Source of the DNA: a bacterium
GTDB taxonomy: Bacteria; Krumholzibacteriota; Krumholzibacteriia; G020349025
NCBI GenBank assembly: GCA_031362565.1
Contig: JANLSU010000023.1
Coordinates: 1 to 20,358 of the forward strand
Direction: 5' to 3'
Length of the DNA: 20,358 bases
Under the pieces are notes generated by a model. That model was not told where the DNA came from. It saw only the letters and a program-made list of their open reading frames with translations, and did no database searches. The position numbers and the translations under genes are program-made. Of this stretch, positions 1-11,258 are shown piece by piece; positions within the stretch are counted from its first letter, which is position 1; every line of letters starts with the position of its first letter.

Positions 1-795
1 CTCGACCTCGTCTGTGGGAATACATATGAACCTACGACTGTGTACTTGAACATTGGGGGCACGTTCCAGAGCCAGCCCGCGTGGTCCTCGGGACAGACGA
101 ACTTTACCAGGCACGTCGCCCTCGCCGATGTCGATGGCGACGGAGATCTCGACCTCGTCTGCGGGAACACGGGGAGCGGCGGTGAACCCACGACGCTGTA
201 CTTGAACATTGGGGGCACGTTCCAGAGCCAGCCCGCGTGGTCCTCGGTCCAGGCGGACCCGACTAAGAGCGTTGCACTCGGCGATGTCGATGGCGAAGGG
301 GATCTCGACCTCGTCTGTGGGAACTACGCTCAACCCGCGACGAGGACCACGCTGTACTTGAACGTTGGGGGCGCGTTCCAGAACCAGCCCGCGTGGTCCT
401 CGGGACAGAACCCGACCACCAGCGTCGCCCTCGCCGATGTCGATGGCGACGGAGATCTCGACCTCGTCTGCGGGAACTTAAGTCAACCAACGACGCTGTA
501 CTTGAACGCTGGGGGCATGTTCCAGAACCAGCCCGCGTGGTCCTCGAGGCAAGCGGACAATACCCAATGCGTCGCACTCGGCGATGTCGATGGCGATGGG
601 GATCTCGACCTCGTCTGTGGGAACCAGAGTCAACCCACGACGATGTACTTGAACGTTGGGGGCACGTTCCAGAGCCAGCTCGCGTGGTCGTCGGGACCGG
701 CGGACCCGACTCTGAGCGTCGCCGTCGCCGATGTCGATGGTGATGGGGATCTCGACCTCGTCTGCGGGAACTTTCGTCAACCGACGACCCTGTAT
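1..795 (+). repeat. Intragenic tandem repeat, about six units of 147-156 bp encoding FG-GAP blades
   Basis: Anchor GATCTCGACCTCGTCTG at 145, 301, 454, 601 and 748, plus a truncated copy at base 1; spacings 147/156/153/147/147, all multiples of 3. Confidence 0.95.
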
Positions 796-3177
796 CGATC
801 GAATCTCTCGTCACGCGCGAACATTACCCCCAACGAAGATGCCTATGTTCAGCATGTACGTGCGATTGCGACAGATCCGACGCGGCTCGCGTACCGAATT
901 GAATTCACCGCCACCGATCGCGAGAGCGATCCTCTCCGGGTCATCGCGGAATACCAGTTCCGGGGCGCGCACTGGAATCCGATCGAAGGCGGACCAAACA
1001 GCAATCGCCTCGGTCCCTTTACGACATCTCCGGCGGGGGTTCCGCACGAATTCGAGTGGTCGACGGCGCGTTTCCCGCGCGACGCTCGGCCCGTTGTCCT
1101 CCGGCTTCGGGCGATCTCGAACCCTTCGCACGTGGGCGTCGTGCAGCGAATTCCCGTGTATCTCAAAGATGTCGGTCGAATCGACCCGGTTCGCCCTTGG
1201 ATTCAAGTTTCGTCGAGCTTCCTTGCGCTTCCTACTGTTACCTCGGGTGATAGCGCCGCGGCGGTTTTCACAGTCTCGAACGCCGGGACGGCACCGCTTG
1301 TGGTCTCGGATGTCGGTGCCTCCGACAACAGGATGCGGGTCATTCCGGTAGCCCCGTTCACCGTGCCGGCAGGCGGCGGGCAGTCTTTGAGGTTGGTATT
1401 CCAGTCTCCGGTCGGTGGTGCTTTCTCGGGCTCGTTGCGCATTTCGAGTTCCGACCCGCTCGATTCGTTGCACACGGTGCCCGTCTTTGGGCGCGTTCGT
1501 GGCATCGATTTCGCGACGACGAACCTCTATCCAAGCGGCGAGATCCGCCAGGGCCAAGACCTCGCCGTCTCGCTGACGCTGACAGACTCAGTAAGCAGCG
1601 ATTCTGCAGCCGTTTTCTACCGGCGCGCGGGCGAAGCACAGTACCGCATTCTGCGACTGCAGCTGGTATCGGACCCGCCCCACGATCAGTACGTGGGCAC
1701 GATTGCGCCGGAGCTCGTGGGATTGCGCGGCATCGAGTACCACGGGGTCGTGTACAACGCCACCGCATCGTCGGCAGGCCCGAACCGTCTTCTGCGGGTG
1801 AAGGTCACCGATCAGGCGTTTCCGTCGTCGCAGCCGGCCGGGCGCTACCGGATCGTCTCGATGCCTCTCGTCAGCAGTGGATCGGCACTCGACAATCTGG
1901 TCGACGATCTCGGGCAGTTGGATCCGGCTCGCTGGCGCATGTTCGAGTACGCGTCAGCTGACTCCGCATACCGCGAACTCACCAGTCAGTCCCTTTTTCC
2001 GTTCGACGCGGGCCACGCCTACTGGCTGATCGCGAAGTCGTCCACGGCTCTCGATGTGGGGCCACTGGGCGGCGTCACGGCGCCGGCCAACCGTCCGTAT
2101 GCGGTCGTACTTCCGCCGGGTTGGAACCTCGTAAGCGATCCGTTCAACTTCCCAGTGGCGTGGAGTGCGACGACGCATTCGTCGCGCGTGCGCGCCCCCG
2201 TGGCCTACGATCCCGCGGCCGGGACATACAACGATTCTTCCGCCGTGCTCTTGCCATTCGAGGGTTACTTCGTGAAGAACTCCGCCGCGGTGCCCGAAAC
2301 ACTGTGGGTGCCACCGGTGGAGGCGACGGGATCATCACAAGCAAAACCGACGCTCGCTCGATGGGGCGCTTCCGGGCGAGGCGAAACCGCTGCGGCGTGG
2401 CGTGCCCAGCTCACCGCGCGCACGGAGGAGGCGCGCGATGCCGGTAATTTCTTCGGCGTGCACCCGGAAGCCCGCGACGGCCGCGACGCGTTCGATGCCG
2501 AAAAGCCACCGTCGCTGCCGGGGCCTTGGGTGCGAGCAGCGTTCGTGAACCACGACGCCACGGATGCCGTCTCCGACGATCGATCCGACATTCGCGCCGC
2601 AGGGACAGCGGGACACCGTTGGGATATCGAGGTTCGGGCGAGCACCCGAGGCGAGGAAGTGGTGATCGAGCTCGTTCCGGATGGCATCGCTTCGTCTGAT
2701 CCGGCAGTCCAGCTCGTAGACGTCGAGCAGTCGGCGACCATCGCCCTTCAGCGGCTCCACGACGCGCCGGCAGGCACTCCACTGGGAAGCTATCGCCTCA
2801 TTGCCTACGGACCGAAACGGCCCTACCGATTGGCGATCGTCGCCGGGACGCAGGAGTACGTCGCGCAGCAATCTCTCGCGCTCGCGGCGGTTCCGACCCG
2901 CACCATCCTCGACCAGAACGCGCCGAACCCTTTCAACGGAGCGTCGCGGATTCGCTTCGGGCTGCCGGCACCGGGCCGCGTGACGTTGGAGATCTTCAAC
3001 GTTCGCGGTGGACTCGTGACGGCTCTCCTTCGCGACAGCGCTCAGGACGCCGGCTATCACAGCGTGCTGTGGAACGGAACCGATCGCGCCGGGCGCGCCG
3101 TTGCGAGCGGCGTATATTTGTATCGGCTTCGAACGCCCGTCACGACCCTCACACGGCGTTTGGTGATGGCAAAATGA
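1..3177 (+). CDS. Large extracellular protein, 5'-partial: FG-GAP/VCBS repeats, Ig-like (ASH/choice-of-anchor D-like) domain, C-terminal FlgD-like Ig / T9SS type A CTD-like domain
   Basis: Frame 1 is open from base 1 (LDLVCGNTYEPTTVYLN...), so the real start lies upstream of the window. Repeated VALxDVDGDGDLDLVCGN Ca-binding FG-GAP-type motifs; Ig-like segment TVSNAGTAPLVVSDV...GSLRISSSDP; C-terminus LDQNAPNPFN...V.L.IFNVRG...WNGTD..G..VASGVYLYRL. Stop TGA 3175-3177. Confidence 0.9.
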   Translation, partial: LDLVCGNTYEPTTVYLNIGGTFQSQPAWSSGQTNFTRHVALADVDGDGDLDLVCGNTGSGGEPTTLYLNIGGTFQSQPAWSSVQADPTKSVALGDVDGEGDLDLVCGNYAQPATRTTLYLNVGGAFQNQPAWSSGQNPTTSVALADVDGDGDLDLVCGNLSQPTTLYLNAGGMFQNQPAWSSRQADNTQCVALGDVDGDGDLDLVCGNQSQPTTMYLNVGGTFQSQLAWSSGPADPTLSVAVADVDGDGDLDLVCGNFRQPTTLYRSNLSSRANITPNEDAYVQHVRAIATDPTRLAYRIEFTATDRESDPLRVIAEYQFRGAHWNPIEGGPNSNRLGPFTTSPAGVPHEFEWSTARFPRDARPVVLRLRAISNPSHVGVVQRIPVYLKDVGRIDPVRPWIQVSSSFLALPTVTSGDSAAAVFTVSNAGTAPLVVSDVGASDNRMRVIPVAPFTVPAGGGQSLRLVFQSPVGGAFSGSLRISSSDPLDSLHTVPVFGRVRGIDFATTNLYPSGEIRQGQDLAVSLTLTDSVSSDSAAVFYRRAGEAQYRILRLQLVSDPPHDQYVGTIAPELVGLRGIEYHGVVYNATASSAGPNRLLRVKVTDQAFPSSQPAGRYRIVSMPLVSSGSALDNLVDDLGQLDPARWRMFEYASADSAYRELTSQSLFPFDAGHAYWLIAKSSTALDVGPLGGVTAPANRPYAVVLPPGWNLVSDPFNFPVAWSATTHSSRVRAPVAYDPAAGTYNDSSAVLLPFEGYFVKNSAAVPETLWVPPVEATGSSQAKPTLARWGASGRGETAAAWRAQLTARTEEARDAGNFFGVHPEARDGRDAFDAEKPPSLPGPWVRAAFVNHDATDAVSDDRSDIRAAGTAGHRWDIEVRASTRGEEVVIELVPDGIASSDPAVQLVDVEQSATIALQRLHDAPAGTPLGSYRLIAYGPKRPYRLAIVAGTQEYVAQQSLALAAVPTRTILDQNAPNPFNGASRIRFGLPAPGRVTLEIFNVRGGLVTALLRDSAQDAGYHSVLWNGTDRAGRAVASGVYLYRLRTPVTTLTRRLVMAK

Positions 3178-3181
3178 GCGC

Positions 3182-3217
3182 AAAAAACGGGCGCCGGATT
3201 ACTGCCCGGCGCCCGTT
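3182..3217 (-). terminator. Intrinsic terminator for the prolyl oligopeptidase gene (hairpin may also act on the convergent + gene)
   Basis: Perfect 12-bp inverted repeat AACGGGCGCCGG (3186-3197) / CCGGCGCCCGTT (3206-3217), 8-nt loop; A6 at 3182-3187 gives a U-tract on the minus strand; lies between convergent stops at 3177 and 3246. Confidence 0.85.
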
Positions 3218-3245
3218 CACGGTTCTCACATTTGACGCACGACCG

Positions 3246-5411
<2,166 letters not shown>

Positions 5412-5488
5412 GGGACCATCCTCGTAGGTTCGAGATCGGGCACGGGCAGGCGTGTGGCGAGTTCGAATGGCCTGCGGCGCGCGCCGGC

Positions 5489-5497
5489 ATTGTAGCA
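5489..5497 (-). promoter_or_regulatory. Candidate extended -10 promoter (TGcTACAAT) for the prolyl oligopeptidase gene
   Basis: Reverse complement of ATTGTAGCA = TGCTACAAT, about 80 nt upstream of the start codon in the divergent intergenic region. Confidence 0.55.
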
Positions 5498-5516
5498 AAG
5501 GCAAGTGCCCCCTCGC

Positions 5517-5546
5517 TTGCCTCATGACCCCACACCGCGCTACTCT
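5517..5546 (+). promoter_or_regulatory. Candidate sigma70 promoter for the preT-like/sdhCAB operon
   Basis: TTGCCT (5517-5522), 18-bp spacer, TACTCT (5541-5546); strong SD GGAGGAGG just before ATG 5591. Confidence 0.4.
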
Positions 5547-5590
5547 GGGCCGCACCGCACGATCACGGCAGAGGACGTTGGAGGAGGCGC

Positions 5591-6994
5591 ATGCCGACCG
5601 AGAACCCGGCCCCGCGGCTGACACCCGCCCAGTACGCCGACAATTTCGCCGACCTGTGCCCGCCGCTGACCGGCGAGCAGGCCACGTTCGAGGCGTCGCG
5701 TTGCCTGTACTGCTTCGAAGCGCCGTGCATCACCGCCTGCCCAACCCATATCGACGTCCCGAGCTTCATTCGCAAGATCGGCCACAGCAACGCCCAGGGC
5801 GCCGCCCGCATCATCCTGGATGCGAATCCGCTCGGCGCGAGTTGCGCCCGGGTGTGTCCCGTCGAAGCGCTTTGCGAAGGCGCCTGTGTCGTCAATCACA
5901 ACCAGGAGCGCCCGGTGGCCATCGGACGCTTGCAGCGCTTCGCGACCGACGCCTTCTTCGCGCGCGGCATGCGGCCGGCAGTGCGCCTCGGGCCCGACAA
6001 CGGACGCCGGGTGGCATTGGTCGGCTCGGGACCCGCGTCGCTCGGGTGTGCGGCCGAGTTGCGCAAGCTGGGGTACGCGACGGTTGTGTTCGAACGCGAT
6101 GCGCTGCCGGGCGGGCTCAACACCTACGCGATCGCGCAATACAAGATGACGCCCGAGACGAGCCTCGAGGAAATCGACTACGTGCGTTCGCTCGGAGTCG
6201 AAATCCGCACCGGCATCGCAGTCGAAACGGGCGCCCCGGTGCCGTCCCCCGACCGGGTCACGCTGGCGTCCTTGTTGCACGATTTCGACGCGGTGTTCAT
6301 GGGCATCGGCCTCGGGTCGACCCAGAAACTGCAGATCCCAGGCGACACATTGAATGGCGTCCTCGAAGCTCTGACGTTCATTCGGGCCTACAAGACACAC
6401 GCCTACGGTGAGGTGCCGGTGGGCCGCCGCGTCGCGGTGATCGGCGCCGGCAATACCGCCATCGACGCCGCCACCGCCGCCGTGCGGCTCGGCGCTGAGA
6501 AGGTGTATATCGTGTACCGCCGCACTCGCGACGAGATGCCGGCCTACGACTACGAATACGAGCTGGCGAAGCAGGACGGCGTACAGTTCGAGTGGCTGAC
6601 CGCGCCGGTCGCGGTCGAAGGCACGACCGCGGTCGAGGGATTGCGCTGCGTTCGCATGCGGCTGGGCGGCCGCGACGCGCGCGGGCGCCGCACCCCGGAG
6701 CCGCTCGCGGACAGTGAGTTCACCTTGCCGGTCGACATGGTGATTGGCGCCGTGGGCCAGGACAAACGCCGCGAGTGGTTGTCGCAGATCGTCGGCTTGA
6801 CGCTCGACGGCGGCCGCGTGGTCACCGATCCGGCGTCCGCCATGACGACGGTGCCCGGACTCTTCGCAGGCGGCGATGGTGCGAATGGCGGCAAGGAAGT
6901 CGTCAACGCCGTCGCGGAGGGCAAACATGCCGCGCATGGCATCGACCGCTGGCTCCGGAGCCAGCCGATGACGGAGGCACGCGAAAAGCGATGA
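5591..6994 (+). CDS. preT: NAD(P)H-dependent Fe-S flavo-oxidoreductase, dihydropyrimidine dehydrogenase PreT / glutamate synthase small-subunit family
   Basis: N-terminal Fe-S motifs RCLYCFEAPCITACP and CARVCPVEALCEGAC; FAD Rossmann GSGPA; second Rossmann GAGNTAID followed by VYRRTR (NADPH-type); C-terminal GLFAGGD. The NFADLCPPL N-terminus resembles the PreT subfamily. Symbol reflects family, not proven function. Confidence 0.85.
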   Translation: MPTENPAPRLTPAQYADNFADLCPPLTGEQATFEASRCLYCFEAPCITACPTHIDVPSFIRKIGHSNAQGAARIILDANPLGASCARVCPVEALCEGACVVNHNQERPVAIGRLQRFATDAFFARGMRPAVRLGPDNGRRVALVGSGPASLGCAAELRKLGYATVVFERDALPGGLNTYAIAQYKMTPETSLEEIDYVRSLGVEIRTGIAVETGAPVPSPDRVTLASLLHDFDAVFMGIGLGSTQKLQIPGDTLNGVLEALTFIRAYKTHAYGEVPVGRRVAVIGAGNTAIDAATAAVRLGAEKVYIVYRRTRDEMPAYDYEYELAKQDGVQFEWLTAPVAVEGTTAVEGLRCVRMRLGGRDARGRRTPEPLADSEFTLPVDMVIGAVGQDKRREWLSQIVGLTLDGGRVVTDPASAMTTVPGLFAGGDGANGGKEVVNAVAEGKHAAHGIDRWLRSQPMTEAREKR

Positions 6995-7671
6995 CGCCTG
7001 TTTCCCGTCTCCTTGCTTCTTCGATCGGCATGAAAATCGTGATGGCGGTCACCGGCGGCCTCTTGTCGCTGTTCCTCGTCGCGCATGTCCTCGGCAATTT
7101 GGAAATCTTCGGCGGCGCCGAGGCGATCAACCGCTATGGCGCGCTGCTGCGCATCATCCCGTGGATGCTATGGGTGGTGCGCGCCGGGCTCTTGGCGCTC
7201 ATCGTTCTGCACATCGCGTCGGCAGGCCGGTTGGCGCGCATCAATGCGGCCGCGCGCCCCCAGCCCTACAAGAAGAAGCGGTACCGGGTCACGACCTGGG
7301 CGGCGCGGGCCATGGTGCTCTCGGGTTTCGTGGTGGCGGCCTTCGTCGTCTTCCACATCTTGCATTTCACGGTGCGTTCGGTGGTTCCGGCCTACAAAAC
7401 GATGGAAGATTCGCAAGGCCGGCACGACATCTTCGCGATGCTGTCGGATGCGTTTCATCAGCCGGGCATCGTGGCGGTGTACGTGGTCTCGATGCTGCTC
7501 CTGGGACTGCACTTGAGCCATGGCGTCGCGAGCGCCTTGCACACCCTGGGGCTGAACCATCCGCGCTACAGCCCGTCGATTCGATTCTTTGGGCCGCTCT
7601 TCGCGGCGCTCATCGTGCTGGGATTCATCGCCGTCCCCTTTGCGGTGCTCTCGGGCACCGTTCACCCGTGA
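6991..7671 (+). CDS. sdhC: Succinate dehydrogenase/fumarate reductase cytochrome b subunit (single di-haem anchor, type B)
   Basis: ATG 6991 overlaps the upstream TGA (ATGA). [13 protein letters not shown]...HVLGNL; about five hydrophobic helices with His residues in [26 protein letters not shown]; directly upstream of sdhA. Confidence 0.93.
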   Translation: MTPVSRLLASSIGMKIVMAVTGGLLSLFLVAHVLGNLEIFGGAEAINRYGALLRIIPWMLWVVRAGLLALIVLHIASAGRLARINAAARPQPYKKKRYRVTTWAARAMVLSGFVVAAFVVFHILHFTVRSVVPAYKTMEDSQGRHDIFAMLSDAFHQPGIVAVYVVSMLLLGLHLSHGVASALHTLGLNHPRYSPSIRFFGPLFAALIVLGFIAVPFAVLSGTVHP

Positions 7672-7687
7672 CGGAAGGGACGTGACG

Positions 7688-9628
7688 ATGGCTGTCGAAA
7701 CCAGGGCCGCGACCAGCAAGCTCGCGGCACGCGTCCCATCCGGTCCGATCGAAAAAAAATGGGACACGCGCAAGTTCGAGATGAAGCTGGTGAACCCGGC
7801 CAACAAGCGCAAGTACCGGGTCATCGTCGTAGGATCGGGCCTGGCGGGCGGCTCGGCAGCGGCTTCGCTCGCCGAACTCGGCTACAACGTCGACTGCTTC
7901 TGTTACCAAGACAGCCCACGCCGCGCCCACAGCATTGCGGCACAGGGCGGCATCAATGCCGCGAAGAACTATCAGAACGACGGCGACAGTACGTACCGGC
8001 TCTTCTATGACACGGTCAAAGGCGGCGATTTCCGGGCCCGTGAAGCCAACGTCTACCGATTGGCGCAGGTGTCGGCCAACATCATCGACCAATGCGTGGC
8101 GCAGGGCGTGCCGTTTGCGCGGGAATACGGCGGCCACTTGGCGAACCGCTCATTCGGTGGCGCGCAAGTGTCGCGAACCTTCTACGCCCGCGGCCAGACC
8201 GGGCAGCAACTGTTGCTGGGGGCCTATCAAGCGCTCTCGCGTCAGATCGGCCTGGGCACTGTCCGGATGCATTCGCGCACCGAGATGCTGGACGTGGTCG
8301 TCGTCGACGGCCGGGCCCGCGGCATCGTGACGCGTGATCTTGTGAGCGGCGCCATCGAATCACACGTCGCCGATGCCGTGGTGCTCGCGACCGGCGGCTA
8401 CGGCAACGTGTTCTATTTGTCGACCAATGCCATCAACTGCAACGTCACGGCGACGTTCCGCGCCTTCAAGAAGGGCGCCTTCTTCGGCAACCCGTGTTTC
8501 ACCCAGATCCATCCGACCTGCATTCCGGTGCACGGCGAGCATCAGTCGAAGCTCACCCTGATGTCGGAGTCACTGCGCAATGACGGCCGCATCTGGGTGC
8601 CGCTGCGGGCGGGCGACAAACGCGCCCCGCAGGACATCCCGGACAGTGACCGCGACTACTACTTGGAGCGGCGCTATCCGAGCTTCGGCAACTTGTCGCC
8701 ACGTGACATCGCATCGCGTGCCGCCAAGAACGTCTGCGACGAGGGCCGCGGTGTCGGCGATGGCGGCCTGGGCGTGTACTTGGATTTCGCCGCCGCCATC
8801 CAGCGGCTCGGCCGGCCGGTGATCGAGCAGCGCTACGGCAATCTCTTTCAAATGTACGAGCGCATCACCGGCGAAGATCCGTACAAGCTGCCGATGCGCA
8901 TCTACCCCGCCGTCCACTACACGATGGGCGGGCTGTGGGTGGACTACGATTTGATGAGCACGGTGCCCGGGCTTTTCGTAGCGGGGGAAGCGAACTTCTC
9001 CGATCACGGCGCCAATCGCTTGGGTGCTTCGGCGCTCATGCAGGGCCTGGCCGATGGGTACTTCGTTCTGCCGTACACGCTGGGCCACTACCTGGCGCAA
9101 ATGAAGCCGGGCGGGCTCGACACGACGCATGCCGAATTTTCGCGCGCCGCCACCGAAGCCGCGGCCCGGACGCAACGCTTGCTGGACGTCAAGGGCAAAC
9201 GCACCGTCATGTCGTTCCACCGCCAGCTCGGCAAGCTCCTGTGGGATTCGTGCGGCATGGCACGCAACGACGCCGGCCTGCGGCAGGCGTTGCAAGCAAT
9301 CCCCGCCATCCGCGACGAGTTTTGGAACAATCTCAACGTGCTGGGCGACGGCGCGTCGTTCAATCAATCGCTCGAGCGCGCCGGGCGCGTCGCCGACTTC
9401 CTGGAGTTCGCCGAACTCATGTGCATGGATGCGCTCGAACGTCGCGAATCGTGTGGCGGACATTTCCGCGAAGAGTTCCAAACCGAAGACGGCGAAGCAG
9501 AGCGCGATGACGCGAACTATTCGCACGTCAGTGCGTGGGAATACACCGGGCCCGAATCGAAGCCCGTGATGCACAAGGAACCGCTGGTCTTCGAGAACGT
9601 CAAGCCCTCGACCCGGAGCTACAAATAA
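7688..9628 (+). CDS. sdhA: Succinate dehydrogenase/fumarate reductase flavoprotein subunit
   Basis: [11 protein letters not shown]ossmann; [15 protein letters not shown] covalent-FAD His motif; [41 protein letters not shown]-like GGAAGGGA at 7673-7680 before ATG 7688. Confidence 0.97.
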   Translation: MAVETRAATSKLAARVPSGPIEKKWDTRKFEMKLVNPANKRKYRVIVVGSGLAGGSAAASLAELGYNVDCFCYQDSPRRAHSIAAQGGINAAKNYQNDGDSTYRLFYDTVKGGDFRAREANVYRLAQVSANIIDQCVAQGVPFAREYGGHLANRSFGGAQVSRTFYARGQTGQQLLLGAYQALSRQIGLGTVRMHSRTEMLDVVVVDGRARGIVTRDLVSGAIESHVADAVVLATGGYGNVFYLSTNAINCNVTATFRAFKKGAFFGNPCFTQIHPTCIPVHGEHQSKLTLMSESLRNDGRIWVPLRAGDKRAPQDIPDSDRDYYLERRYPSFGNLSPRDIASRAAKNVCDEGRGVGDGGLGVYLDFAAAIQRLGRPVIEQRYGNLFQMYERITGEDPYKLPMRIYPAVHYTMGGLWVDYDLMSTVPGLFVAGEANFSDHGANRLGASALMQGLADGYFVLPYTLGHYLAQMKPGGLDTTHAEFSRAATEAAARTQRLLDVKGKRTVMSFHRQLGKLLWDSCGMARNDAGLRQALQAIPAIRDEFWNNLNVLGDGASFNQSLERAGRVADFLEFAELMCMDALERRESCGGHFREEFQTEDGEAERDDANYSHVSAWEYTGPESKPVMHKEPLVFENVKPSTRSYK

Positions 9629-10377
9629 TGCGGCTCACGTTGCACGTCTGGCGTCAAAAGAACGCGCGCGAACCGGGCCGGCTCGTCACGTACAGCCTCG
9701 CCGACGTCAGCCCCGAGTCGAGTTTCCTCGAGATGATGGACGTGCTGAACGAGCAGCTCACCGAGCGCGGCGAGGAGCCGGTCGCTTTCGACAGTGACTG
9801 CCGCGAGGGCATCTGCGGCATGTGTTCGATGGTCATCGACGGCGTGCCGCACGGCCCGCTCCAGGGCACCGCCACCTGCCAGCTGCACATGCGCACCTTC
9901 AAGGACGGCGATTCGATCACCATCGAACCGTTCCGGGCCAAGGCCTTCCCGCTCGTCCGCGATCTGGCGGTCGACCGCAGCGCCTTCGACCGGGTCATTC
10001 AGGCGGGCGGGTTCGTGTCCGTGAACACCGGCGGCGCTCCGGACGCCAACGCCCTGCCGGTCGCCAAGACGGCGGCGGAGATCGCCATGGATGCGGCGCA
10101 GTGCATCGGCTGCGGCGCTTGCGTCGCCGCGTGTCCGAATGCGTCGGCAATGCTCTTCGTGGCCGCAAAGCTCGCGCACCTGGGACACTTGCCACAGGGC
10201 GAACCGGAAAGCAGCGCGCGAGTTGTGGCGATGGTCGAGCGCATGGATCAAGAGGGGTTCGGGAACTGCACCAATCACTTCGAATGCGAAGCCGCTTGCC
10301 CGAAGGAAATCAGCGCCACGTTCATCGCCGCGATGAATCGCAACTATCGCCGCGCCAGCTGGCAAACACGCAAGTAG
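9628..10377 (+). CDS. sdhB: Succinate dehydrogenase/fumarate reductase iron-sulfur subunit
   Basis: ATG 9628 overlaps the sdhA TAA (TAATG). [10 protein letters not shown]...C (2Fe-2S), [12 protein letters not shown] (4Fe-4S), [14 protein letters not shown] (3Fe-4S). Confidence 0.97.
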   Translation: MRLTLHVWRQKNAREPGRLVTYSLADVSPESSFLEMMDVLNEQLTERGEEPVAFDSDCREGICGMCSMVIDGVPHGPLQGTATCQLHMRTFKDGDSITIEPFRAKAFPLVRDLAVDRSAFDRVIQAGGFVSVNTGGAPDANALPVAKTAAEIAMDAAQCIGCGACVAACPNASAMLFVAAKLAHLGHLPQGEPESSARVVAMVERMDQEGFGNCTNHFECEAACPKEISATFIAAMNRNYRRASWQTRK

Positions 10378-10417
10378 CCGCGCGGCGCGGCGCAATCGCA
10401 CCGCCGGATGACTGTTC

Positions 10418-11236
10418 CTACTTCCGCGCCAGAACACGGACCCCGAGGACAATCCGAAACGGCAGCGTCTTGCCGAGGGCCCGGCGGGCGGCATGCGGCA
10501 GGAATGCGAACAGCGTTTCCAGTGCGGCAACCGGCGCCACGGGCGCGTACCTGGAGTGCCGGACGGGCCCGACCACCGCTTGCGTGCTTGCAAAGCCGGC
10601 ACGCCGCAAAAGCGCCGCCAATTCCGCCGTCGTGTACTCCCGCAGATGCAGTCCGGTCGCGACTCGATCGAAGGTTTCGGAGACATCGTGCGGCCCAGTG
10701 AGCCGGCTCGGTGTGATGCAGAGATAGCGGCCACCGGGCGCCAGGGCATTGAACACGCCACGCACCTGCTCGGCAGCGTCGTCGGGATGCAGGTGTTCGA
10801 TGAGTTGGTTGCTGTAGGCGAAATCGACGCTCCCGGCCGCGACCGGCACCGTGACGCCATCCGACAGCACCAGATGCACGTTCGCGGGCAGCGTCTCATG
10901 CCGGGTGATTTCGTCGGAGACGTCGACGGCCCACGCGGTGCGAACCCGCGGCGCCACCGCGAGGGTCAGCGCGCAGTCCCCCGCTCCGATTTCGAGGAAG
11001 CGCGTTTCGGGCGTCAAGAAGCGCGCGAACAGGCCGAGCTGCCACGCGACGTCGAGCTGGCGTGCGGCCGGTGCAGTCTTGGCCTGCAATTGTGGATGAT
11101 CCGGTACGCGCCGGAACAGTTCGTCATAAACCGCCGCATAGAGGCGACGGCGTTCGGCGCTGGGTGCCTGGCGCAAGCGCGATGCCAGATCCTTCTCGAT
11201 CTCATAGTGCGCCTGCAGACGTTCGAGAGTGCGCAT
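10418..11236 (-). CDS. Class I SAM-dependent methyltransferase
   Basis: FLEIGAGD motif I, AVDVS motif II, VDFAYSNQLIEHL, LAPGGRYL. Start chosen at ATG 11236 (MRTLERLQ), 22 bp downstream of the U32 stop; the longer ORF start overlaps U32. Confidence 0.88.
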   Translation of the reverse strand: MRTLERLQAHYEIEKDLASRLRQAPSAERRRLYAAVYDELFRRVPDHPQLQAKTAPAARQLDVAWQLGLFARFLTPETRFLEIGAGDCALTLAVAPRVRTAWAVDVSDEITRHETLPANVHLVLSDGVTVPVAAGSVDFAYSNQLIEHLHPDDAAEQVRGVFNALAPGGRYLCITPSRLTGPHDVSETFDRVATGLHLREYTTAELAALLRRAGFASTQAVVGPVRHSRYAPVAPVAALETLFAFLPHAARRALGKTLPFRIVLGVRVLARK

Positions 11237-11258
11237 CGGTTCGCGGCTCCGGTTGGCG

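Noticed and set aside
1..795. Repeat array as a CRISPR array or DGR template/variable repeat
   Set aside because: Units are 147-156 bp, in frame and protein coding; differences include indels and are not evidently adenine-restricted; no cas or reverse transcriptase gene in the window.
5412..5624. 71-aa N-terminal extension of the peptidase ORF
   Set aside because: Overlaps the divergent gene start and promoter-like elements; SD and signal peptide support ATG 5411.
6775..6990. Upstream extension of sdhC in the ORF track (likewise sdhA from 7589 and sdhB from 9535)
   Set aside because: These overlap upstream genes; ATGA/TAATG couplings and the SD give better starts at 6991, 7688 and 9628.
6992..6994. 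TGA stops (here and at 7671, 14887, 18351) as selenocysteine or readthrough codons
   Set aside because: Each falls at the expected end of a complete protein family member, not at a catalytic Cys position.
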